64,000 nucleotides of DNA. Origin: Laetmonice hystrix. Taxonomy: Eukaryota. The position numbers and the translations under genes are program-made. The notes under the pieces are model-generated. The model was not told where the DNA came from. It saw only the letters and a list, made by a program, of their open reading frames with translations, and ran no database searches. Numbering within the stretch: position 1 is the first letter of the stretch; every line of letters starts with the position of its first letter. The DNA lies in contig OZ249439.1 in the NCBI GenBank assembly GCA_965235115.1, positions 19,902,001 through 19,966,000 on the forward strand. Direction: 5' to 3'. Positions 14,501 to 26,500 of this stretch are shown here, one piece after another.

Positions 14501-17500
14501 CCTGATGATTACAGAATTTCTTTAATCTGCCATCTCATCTCCTGTGAGATCTTAAAGTCGGAGGCCAAGAAGAACAGGGTGGAACCTAGACGGGTTACAC
14601 ACGTGCATATCTAGGTATCAGTAATGATCTCCTTTATCTGCAGTTTTTTGCAACCACAAAATGAAGTGATAAAAGGTACCTGTCACCTTACGGTCCCGTG
14701 GCTTGGCCTAATACTGAGTACTATGATATAGCCTTAAAGGAGGAAGCTGTAGAAACCGAGCAGCCTGGCGGCTTTTATCAGTGGCGTACCCAAAAACTGG
14801 ACCTATAGGGGGGGGGGGGGGTGCTGGAAATAACCAACGTCGTAGGCGCTGCAAATTGGGAGGGGGCTGTGGGCGCACTAAGAACCCCCCTGGATACGCC
14901 ACTGTTTATTCCTGTAAATCCTATAAATGCCATTATGTGAAGACGTGACTCCCGGAGAGCAGACAGTAGGGCATCGTCGGCAGTGTCGCTGGGGGCCACA
15001 GCCTCGTAGTAAGACTAGACCAGTGTGCAGTCTGTCACAAGGCCAAGATAAGAGGCTTAGCAAACAGCTGAGGCAAGTTGTCCTAGGGATCATTATTGTT
15101 ACATACTTACCGACACCTTGAGGGCGCTCTTAGTCCTGTTCAATTCAGCTGTAACCTGACAATACGGCACATCAGCGGAAATTGAATTGGACAGCATAAA
15201 AAGGACATGTTCTAAAGTCAGGGATGACAATTCAATTGATACTTCCATGATTTCAATTAAAAAATATGGTTTCCATGGCACAATTGTAAAAAGGATCTGG
15301 ATTTGTTGCTCCTGTAAAACCTTTCGCACATCCATTCTTGGCTAACAGTTGTGGTGCGGGTCAGTGGGCTGGTCTGGAAATGGGGGGGGGGGGGGGTTCT
15401 TCAAGCGAGGCGTGGACCCTGTACGCATCCTTGTGAACTAGGGAGTATATAATTCGATGATTGTCTGTAGAATAGAATGGGGGACCCAAAACCGTTTCAA
15501 GCATTGCTCTAGGTTGACTAGAACAGAAGTTATCATTAACAGAAGTTATTTCCAAGCGGACCTATCGCGGCCCCACGGGTACCCCAGGCCTAGGGGCCTC
15601 CCCACGCCTAGGGGCCTGCGGTGGTAGGGCACACGACTCTATTGCTCATTTCCCACAATAATAAGCATAAGAATGATGTCCTAAAAACCATACCTAAGTC
15701 ATTCTAAGATGATACCGTCTTTTGGAAAAATAATAAAGAAAACAGTTCCTCGTGGGATGGAAACATGATGAAACCTTTCATTAGATGGAAATCTTCGTCG
15801 ACCGCATGTCCACCTACTTCACATGACAGTCGTAGCAGTCTTTTAATGTATGAGTTATGTCCTTATTTACAGGGATTTATCATTCACAATTAGAATAAGT
15901 AATTCATTAAATCTATATAATTGATTATACAACCTGAACTGTTACGCTCTTGCGTAGATTCATTATCTCGGCACCTCACCGCCGACATAACAAAGTCAAA
16001 GTGTCTATTTTTCCTCAGAATGTGCAGCTGGCATGTGGAACTCCCACAGTGTGGAGTGATACTCGAGGAGCTGGCAGCGGTCTGTTAGTTAATAGGCCGC
16101 GTGACGTGCGGCACCGCTTGGTTGACAGTTCTTCTCTCATGTCTTGGAAGTAGCGAGCGGCAAATTCCGTTAAATAATAGGCCAAAAAGTTTGACATAAC
16201 CGTGACGACAGTAGTGAACGTTGTAAGAAGAACCATCCTCTGCACCAAGCGTTCGATATCGTGTGAAGGCTGCTGTTCATACAACACCTCTAGCAAAGCA
16301 TTACTTTCCTCGACAGTAGCAGTGAAAGGGAGGGGGTTGCTGGCGAGTGCATACCCAGCTTCAGGTAACAACCAAAAGGTACAAAGATATCATTTCACCG
16401 GAAATGTGCAGTTTTTTGGTGAGTGTTACTGGAAGGGTGGTGAGGAAACCGACGAAGGGGTGTTGTCTGTTATTTTAACCCCTTTCCATCCATTCTCGGT
16501 GATCAGATAATCTGCACCCTCGAGTTCCCAGGTGGTGTGCCCCCTTCCATTCAATCCCAAAATCACGGATCTGTACAGTCATGCTTGGCAGGACATACAT
16601 GATGAGTTATTGAAATGATTACCACGAAATGAGTGTATAAGGTCGATGTAAGCATAAAGGGCATACTTACATGTTCATTTGTGATGTAAATAGGTTTATT
16701 CATAATGATCCAAGTGACGGTCTCATAACAGCCCGGCTGTGTGAGCGAGCCTTCATACGTCATGTAGTCGGTTGTCTCCGGGAGAAGACCATGTACTGAC
16801 AGGTGCCGTATTCGTACTTGTTGACCTGAGGTTACAAAAGATTCTCTTGAAAAATTCCACTTCGACGGACATATAATGATATATTATAATATACGTAAAG
16901 GACGGCTGTCGTCTAGCAATGTAAATGAGGCGTGTTTTTTCACGTTATGTGCCCATAGGTCGTGGAGCTCCACACCCATGGCTCCATAGGTCGTGGAGTT
17001 CCACACCCATGGCCATGGCTCCATAGGTCGTGGAGTTCCACACCCATGGCTCCATAGGTCGTGGAGCTCCACACCCATGGCTCCATAGGTCGTGGAGTTC
17101 CACACCCATGGCCATGGCTCCATAGGTCGTGGAGTTCCACACCCATGGCTCCATAGGTCGTGGAGCTCCACACCCATGGCTCCATAGTCTGCGGAACGAG
17201 AGCAGTTTCGATCTATTGCAGGCAGGAGTCGAAGGTGGCTTGTCGTGGAGAGCCTACCTAACTGTTACAATCTGAACCACTCTTACAAACGGAAAGGGTA
17301 TGAAGGAAGGAGGCTGCATGTGGCATCAATAATTGCTTGCGCAACACTTACACGTAAGATATTCTCTGAATGCCGTCCACAATTTTCCTATTCAAAGGTC
17401 GGACACTGTACTTCACCCTACCATAGATTAATACATCATTGAGCAATCTCTTTCTGTCAGTCTCCTTGCATTACCTTAGTGTGTCTGTATGGAGCCATTT

Positions 17501-20500
17501 CTGAAGACGTATTCGTCTTCAGAGTGACAATAGGGGCATCTTCTACATATACCTGTAATTTTGCTCAGCCTAAAGACCGGTTTGCATACGGCGATGACAA
17601 GCGGGTGGCATCAATAGAAACGGGGCTGGAGGATGTAAGTAACCTTTATCGACGCGGAGGGCGTGCCGTGTCTGGTCGGAACTGTAGTTTTGATCTGTAC
17701 CAGATGTTTCTACGAGTGTACATTTAACTACAGCTTCCACTCGTACTGCTAGTCTACTTCCCGCCACTGGTGTCTATAGAATATCAGTCTGTTAGGTGGA
17801 GGGAAAATGACTCCAACCTCAGAACCATAAGAATATATTGTGGAGCGAACATAATGAAAGTACTCTTGTGGTTGTGATAGACTTTTATAACGGTGGAAGT
17901 TCAGCGATCACTGAAATAATGCCGATAGCTAGGTCAAAGTGTGCACACTGAGCACTGCTATCCCAAAGTTTGAGAAACAGAGCGAAGACAGATAATAACC
18001 GAATTCTGGCCAAATCCTGTTACTGAAATGTCACATCAGCCAAATCGTACATTATAGTACATTGCTGAGCATAACATCATTGATCTTTATATTCAAGAAT
18101 TTAATATAAGAATGAGAAAATCATGGCACAATTCAAAATTCAGATTTTCTGGAGGGGGATGACCTCAGACTTGCAGGGCGCCAACACTGCACATAAGGAG
18201 ACCTAACACCGCCCCCAACACAAAATCTTAGATCCGCCAAATGTATAGTTGGGAGAACCAGCCATGCAGAGGCAGAGTCATCACGTTTTCATCATCTCGG
18301 TTGAATATACTGAGCTTGTGAACCCATTTTGGACAAAGATTAATGTACTCTTTGGATAATAAAACACATAAATTTATCTTACTTTAGGGGTGTTCTTCGA
18401 AGAACTGCTACCATAATGTACGTACGAGTCTCGTTGAATCATATTTGGTACTCTTTTTGGCTGCCAGAAAACGGGAAGCTAAAGTTGAACAAAAGTTGAG
18501 ACTCCCCCCCCCCCCCATGAAAGTTGTATGCTGTCTAAGGCCAGAACCACAGAGGCAAACCATACAAGGAAGGTGTCACAATTCTAGCCTCCGCTGAGAC
18601 AACAAAAAGAAGCATGCAGACATGCAGACATGCAGACACTACAGAGCTAAGCCTTCCCAGAGTGTGTCTTGGTTGTAAAGGCCATGGAGCTGTGAAGTAC
18701 ACGGTCGTACAGTGTCGTCTGTGGTAAAGAGACTAATTTCATGTCAGAATGGACGCTGTCAAAGAGGAATAATGGCATAGGTTTCCAATACATGAGCGCC
18801 AGATGGCTTCAGCCAGCTGAAACAATTGGAGGATAATTTGAAGTTGTTCCCGGGAGAACTGTACACTCAAGCAGTCAGTCAACCATGAAGTGGTTGAGGC
18901 TGTTGTGTCAGATGAAATGTGCACCAGTGGACACTGGAGTAAAACAAACAGGGATGTTCGCACTGGATCTATGGTCTTCATGGTTATAGAGAGCGGGCGC
19001 GCGATATGTTGTATGCCAAAACCAACATTGAGGAAACAGTCGTATATTTAGGCTAACAGACAACATGATGAATTTAACGTGACTGTTAAATTCATCATGT
19101 TGTCCCTCCATAGATATTTTTAGATCCTTTTGTCTATTACATAATATGGGCAGGGCGCCGAATGTCCTTTTTGATGGTTCCAAGATACCGGTCTTATCAT
19201 CTGAAATGTTTATCTCCTCTATGCTTGCGTAGATCTGGCCTGCCGGTAGAGTTCCTTTCTGTCGTCTTCTGATAACAGTTTGGACAGCTAGAGAGGATCG
19301 GCCTATAGCCCACTTATTATAAACAAGGACCATATATTGGCCCACCTGACGTGGCACGCATCTACTGAGGTCGGTGCATCGTGACAGGACTTGACGTGGC
19401 GCAGATCAAACCGTTGTAGTCACACTCTCAGGCTGTCGGTCTCCTCCTGCTGTTCGGCCCCCTGGCCGGTCTTATCGGACAATCACACGGAAGCAGTATC
19501 AGTGGCGAGCTACAGTTCCTGGAGAAACTCCCCCCGTTTATCACATTATCGTCATAAACAGCTTCAGCATACATCTGGCGGTGAGCCTGACCTTGTCACG
19601 CACCGTCGGGAAGCAGCCTGGAGGGTCTGACAACTCCCAGCCGAACCAGCCTCCATCGCCTGCAGCCGACCACCACCAACCCGTCCCCCTTCCCCCAGCA
19701 CCCAGCGGCCACCCGCCCGCCCTCGCACCTCCCCGGGAGGAGGAACCAAGTGGAAAATGCCTCATCATATGCATTGAACATCGGACGTGGCACTTAAGAG
19801 TGGTTTTGTTGATGAAAGCCTGAGTACGCAGACAGGGGGATGTTGCTGCTGCTGCTCTTTACCAACATCAAATCTCATCTTCACAGACGAGTGGGCCATA
19901 AAAGCAAGTCTGGCCACAACAAAGGACAACTAAGTTGTAGCATGATAAATCAGGCCCCAACTGGCACACACTGCAGGTTGGCTGCTGTCTTTAGACAGGC
20001 CTCTCGATGGATGAGGCCAAGGTGGCAGGCCAAGGCTCCTTCCCCCCTGACGTGCGTTATGAGGTCGACATGTTCTAGTAAATGGAGAACTTCACGTCAC
20101 AAACGTTAGCAATATTCACTATAGTCTGCTATCGACGACAACTGATCAGGAATGAAATACAATTGTCATCGACTATTGTCACTCGACTGCGAATTACAAC
20201 TGCTTTGCCTCGTCTTATACTTGACATGATATTTATGTCATATTTAATTAACTCTGGAGTTTGCTTATACGATAAAAGTATGACTTTCAGTCGTTCTGGT
20301 TTTGTACATGCTTCTGGTGACCTTTTAGATATGTAATTCCCATTCAATGGAGATATGTGTGGAGGTGCTGCATGATCGTGTCTGTCACTCACATTGAGAA
20401 TCCGCGTTTTTAGGTGAAATTAGTGAAACAATAACTTCTACCAATGGAGTGTGAGCTTGGGACATGTTCACGCCATCTTGGATCAAGCAGTGAGAGCCAG

Positions 20501-23500
20501 GGGGAATAAATACTGGCAGTCTTTTAATCTTAGCGTTAACACAACTGCTCTAGTTGTCTCTCGAAAGCACATTCTTAGATGATGAAAGCTTCACCATCAA
20601 AACAATGCTCTCATTTAATGAGACTGAGAAGTAGCAGTCAAATCAATGTCAGGAAGATACTATGAATATGGGACTACAATTTAGATTGCTGCCTCAAGAA
20701 GAAGTACCGCTTTAATCATTCCAGAATTAAATCAGTAAAGTAAAACGGACTTAATTCATGCTGATTTTTTAGACCCCAAATAGTGAATTAAGATTATATT
20801 AGCGCTGCATTTAGAAGTTGTAAAAAGACTTCAGATATCAATCAGACAGTCGTATGTCTTAATGGTAATGGTAAGAAGAACGACTCCCACAGAATTAGCA
20901 TTAGTAACCCTTTCATTACTACAGCTTTTATACCCAAATGTATACTGGTTGCTATGGTGATAATAATTTCAAATCGTAGAAAGAACTGGGGTGGTTACAG
21001 GACTTTAATTAACATGCTGTAGATGTGCATCTTACTTTGGTGAATATGTAATATTTCCCTGTGCATGATAGATTTAATTTGCTCATTAGGCCAGGAGAAG
21101 CGGTGCCACGGATAAAGGATTTACGGCAGTCTTAAGCCAACGCTGAAATGTATGCTAGAGGGACAGAACTCAGACAACTCATTAAGACTGTGGGGTCTTC
21201 ACTTCGTCACGTTTTCTAGCAAGCAAACTTCCCTCAGGTATTTTCATTAAGCGACAAACCAAGTGAAGAATATTCTTAGAGAAAAAACGCCCCCAAAGAA
21301 AGCAGTTCAACCTAGAAAGGTTGACAAAGGAGAACTAAACATCTCATTAGGCACCATGTCACGTAGACTTTCCGTCTAGTTTGAATACACCAGGGCTTAC
21401 GTAATCTAATATTACTGTTACCTTACTGTTACACCTCTTTTGTCTATAATAACACTACAGAAGATCACACTTAATGTGTTGTTCTTCTTGGCTGTCACTC
21501 CTAAGAGCATCAATCATTGGTTTTCTACGTGCGATTGCCTCACAAAATTCATCATACAACTTGGGATCTATATAGTCTGTACAGTGTTTATCTGTATATC
21601 TATAACACATCCCTTCAATCTAGGGACTTTAGCTGCGAAATGTCAACGATGAAAAAGTCATTTCCCACGGGATATGATAAGCCTTGCGAGCATTTGTGTG
21701 CAATTGATTATTACAGGAACATTATAAATAGGAGGATGATATTTCACTCAAGGCAAACCGCTGGCGAGCATTTCATGGCGACTCAGTCCACACAGATGGA
21801 CCAGGGATTACAATGTGACCTTTTTATTTTTACTTTTTGGAAATGTTGAAAAAAAGGATAGTTATATTGTCATACATTATAAATTAGATCAATTTTTCAC
21901 TTACCTTTGTATCGAACTTGCTTTAACTCTGGAGCTATTATTTCAAATTCTGGATTAGCTTTTCTGCCAATCTGCAAGACAATTTGAAAAATATGGTCAA
22001 AGTATTATTTGTTGACCATCTTTCCCCTTTTATATTTTAACATACATAATTCGTTATAACAATATCGCACGTATAGAGATGATTACATTTTATAAGAAGC
22101 ACAGCTGTACCATCACATTTATCGTGAAATATATGTTCCACAGATACAAATGTTGTCACTGACATTCACCAATCATTCATGAAATGTGAAAGCCGGGGAA
22201 ACAATGCTTCATTTGCTGTGTCGTGTACGTCATAATAGCTGTCCTATGAATGATATGTTTTCTGCCTTCTATTAATATAAAAAAAACACGTGGAGCATTA
22301 TAAAAAACTGCGAATTGCGTGAAGATCACCCCCTCCTCTATATCAGACACCGTACGTTCATGACAGTTAACAAGACATCATATACAACGTCCTATCAGAT
22401 TACTTCACATTTAAAACAGTATATAGGAACAACTGCGGCTCAAATTCTAAAATGAGAGAAAATAGACGTGTAAATATGTATTATTGATATTTCGCACAAA
22501 ATGCTTCTTCAATGTGATAGTGGCAGATATAGAAACCTCTACCCAGATCCCTCTAGGCCACGGACGTATGATGTGATTAAGATACAAATCTAATAGGAAT
22601 CTAGGTTATGTTAGTTGGATTTTTCAGATGATAAATGTATTTAGTGTTGTACCAATTCAAAATCCACTTGGAATGTTTTTCTGTAGTATTTGAGCACTTT
22701 CACTTATTCAGTAATGTGTGTATGCTAGTGCCCTGTGGATGTATTCATAGAAGCTAGGATCTGCTGAAGTATTCTGCCCTGAAGCCCACACAGTAATATA
22801 GTAAGCATAATTGTGCTGATGTGGCTGTTTGCACTACTTACTGAGCACCAGGTAAAAGTGGACTCATGGAGAAGGCTATATGCGTACATATTGTTTTAAT
22901 TCATTCTTAAACGTTACGCATCAAAGTCACTCTTAATCTGGTTCACATTATATGAAATATTTATGATATATGTTTGATTCAAATGAAGGACTAGGATAGT
23001 CTTTTTATACTGGGCTTTGAGGCTGTTGATTGAAATATCCACTACATAGCGGATAGTTCTTGTCGAAGGCACAGCCAATTCAAGTGTTGTCTCTAATGTT
23101 TCCTGTCAGCTTCAAAAGCAGCGGCGTTGGTAATCTACAAACATTCACATCTAAGCCATTTACATCATGAACTCTCTAGAGGGACTCTGACATCCTCGTG
23201 GAGATAGACATCAAAGTCTCTAATAGTAATACCATTAGAAGTTTAGCCAGCAGGCCCCGCAGTGACACTCCAACAGCAAGGGGAAATGTTAGGCCATGCA
23301 GTCGCCATCGGAATAAGATTTCTTTGCCAGTTACAGTCTTTAGCCTGTAAATCTAGTTTCCATGACGGGAAAATGAGACTTCTTGATGGCAGGATTTACT
23401 GTCGCCGATCTGGGCGTGGATGGCAAGGTTCAGAGGATGTGGCTACACAGGGGACAATTATAGCCGTGTTGATGGGTAGAGTTATTATTCAGCTCATTTA

Positions 23501-26500
23501 TCATCGTCGATCTGATGGAGGCTGACTGACGCTTCCAGCTACCGCCCTCGACACGGTAACGTGTAGCATACCGACTCATCCTTACTCAGACACTAATAGC
23601 AGACTCCCTAATTCTCATGTAAAGATATTTGCAACCTTGAAACACTATCAATATTTGCCTCGTAATTACTTCAAATGCAGAATGCAGTATTCCCAAATTC
23701 TCCATCGATATTACACTTATCTAAGGAGAGCAGTATTATGGGTCTCACAGATCAGTTAGTTTCAGTGACGGCTGGTCTGTCCCCCATTCTCCCTGCCTGC
23801 ACCACGGCTGGTCTGTCCCCCATTCTCCCTGCCTGCACCCCAATACTCCCACTGGGTTAGGGTAGTTCACATGTTCTGATTAAATGTGCTTCATTATTTC
23901 AAACTCGGTGTGCAGGTTCAGAAGTTCACAACTCGAATCATTCATCTCTTCTGGACCGTGAACACACACACTGGGTGTAGTGTCGTGTGGCTTCACGGTC
24001 AGCAATGTCTTCGATAGGACCTGCTCACGGTCAGCACGTCAATGATATCTCAAGGTCGGCACACAGATAAGATTCACTCAGACTCACACACCCCAGTATA
24101 CCCCGTCATCTACTTACACAGACAGATCGTTGTGGGCCCATTCCATTAGGTACTGATTGTGTTGCGTAGCAAACCTATTGTGGGTCTTTTATATCTACTC
24201 AGTTTACTGTCTTCCTTAAACCTTTCTCGCCACGATTACATCATCATCACCATTAAATGATTAAGGAAATGAACGAATAGATTTTTGAAGTACCGGTAAT
24301 CCTTTTCATGGCATGGCGGATTATCAGTCGTGGTCGTGGGCCTCTTAATATGACACAGTCACCTCACACTGTTTTTCATGCAGCGTAGAGAAGTAGTGGC
24401 CTAGAAAGGTCTGCCAGGAAAAGAATGAAAAAGTTGTAATTTGTGGATTAATGATGCCAAGTGTACAGTGAGTATTGATTTCCATTGATGATCGAGTCTG
24501 CTGGGCGGCCGCCCCTCTTCACACCGTTCCCAAGCAGAAAGGACACGGTGACGGCTGACAGGAATCGATAACATTTAATCTCGTTTATTTGCTAAAATGT
24601 TTCCACTGCAGTGAGATTTCATTCGTGGAAATTCACCGATGGAGCAATGATTGCCTTTGGTGAAAAGATGCTCTACAACATTCCACCTTGCCAGGAGCAG
24701 GCACTCCAGCTGGTGCCCTCCCCCCTCCCACCTCGCCTCCTTCAACACGGTCTTGTACAAACCGTTCCAGGCCACAATTACTGCCTTGCCATGGGCCCCT
24801 CACTCGGCCTGGTTTGCAGTATTCCGATTCCGGATTGTACCTTTTCCGCCATTACGCGATATAGATTGGTGTCTTTTGTGCGCGGAATGGAGCAGCCTGT
24901 CGTTATGACAGACCATCACTATAATATACTGCTATCAGGCGCGGATCCAGTACTGCACGAAAGGGGGGCGCACTCGAGTGCTGAATGCGCGATGCGAACA
25001 TGCGCGGGGGTCTAGGGGTCCTCCCCAAAAAATGTTTGAATTTAATTAGAAGCCCCCCCCCCCAAAAAAAAAACCACGCTATCTCCCGGCACCTAGAGAT
25101 ATAAATTGTGACGGAAATGAAAGGGGGTGGGGATGTCAAAAGTTTCTACTTCTACTCCCCTAGCCTACGTAGTAAGCCTTGCGCCGAATTCTTTGGCTAC
25201 TACTCCCCCTACTGCTACTACTAGGCCTACTCAGGGCTGGTCCAGCATTTTATTTTCAAAGGGTGGCAGCCGTCTCGTCCGAAATTATTATTATCCTATG
25301 AAGCATAAGAGACAATGCATTCTTTGTAACTTATTCAATACGGTGACGGTAACCTATTAGACCGGGTGATTTGTGCTCAAATGGGCCGTAACCCAAAACA
25401 AATTGCAATAGTAATAAACCATATACCAAATGAAAGCTCACGAGCTGCTCTATAACATATCAAAAGTCTAAGAAAATCTAATTAGTGGAACAACTTTTTC
25501 TAGAGGGGGGAAAAATTTGGCCTTACGTATACCCATATCAGGCCCGTAGCCAGCTATCCAGAGGGGGTGGTTCGTTGGAGGGCCAAAGGGGGACCGACAG
25601 TAAGCCCGGCGTCAGGGGGCCAGAGGGAAATTGAACAGCGCAAACATACGCAGGGGTCTCGGGGACCTCCCCCAGGAAATTTTTGATATTAGAAGGCAAT
25701 CCCCCTGCTATTTTCTGGCATTTTGAGATATATATAAATTGTGAAGTTTCTCAAAGCATTTCGGCCTATAGTTAGCAGGGGCGGATCCAGCTTTTTCAAG
25801 TAGGAGGGGGGTCCAACGTTTTTAGGGGCGCCGAAGGCTCGAAGTCTGCGAGCGCCGAAGGCGCGAATCCTTGCTAGGGGGGTCTAGGGGCATGCCCTCG
25901 GAAAATGTTGAAATTCAAGGTGTAATTTGGTGAAATCTGATGCATTTTGGAGCACAAAATAAGCTATTCAATGACCAGTGTCCGAATTCATGATTGGCAG
26001 GAAGGGCGCCATGAAATTTTAGAGGGGGTCAATAACATGTGCAGTGAGACCCCAGAAAATTTTTGAATTCAGAAGGCAAAAGAACGCGATTTCCTGGCAT
26101 CTGGAGATAGAATTTCTGAAGGTTCTGGGGGTCCTTCCCAGGACATTTTTAAATTTAGAAGGCATAAAAATGCTATTACTGGCATTTGGAGATAGAAATT
26201 TTAAACTTTGTCATAGGGGTGACCATGGGTCGGGGGGGGGGGGGTTGTTCGAACACCCCGAACACCCTCTGGCTACGGGCCTGACTGTCAGAGGGGACCA
26301 GATCCCCCTCTCAGGGGGGACTATGGGTCCAGGGGGTGGTTCGTTTGAACACCCCGAACACCCCCTGGCTACGGGCCTGCATATGCCAGACGTTATTTGT
26401 GACATTACCTCTCTAAACATTAATATAATGCCAATATACTGTAATAATATAAGATAAGATGAGAGAGGATCTAAGATTATATAAAATGAGATAATATAAG

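Noticed and set aside
16884-17185. Three overlapping repeat-protein ORFs
   Set aside because: Produced by a stop-free minisatellite whose unit is not a multiple of three.
18908-19357. 149-aa minus-strand ORF
   Set aside because: Runs through the perfect hairpin and has no domain or splice signals.
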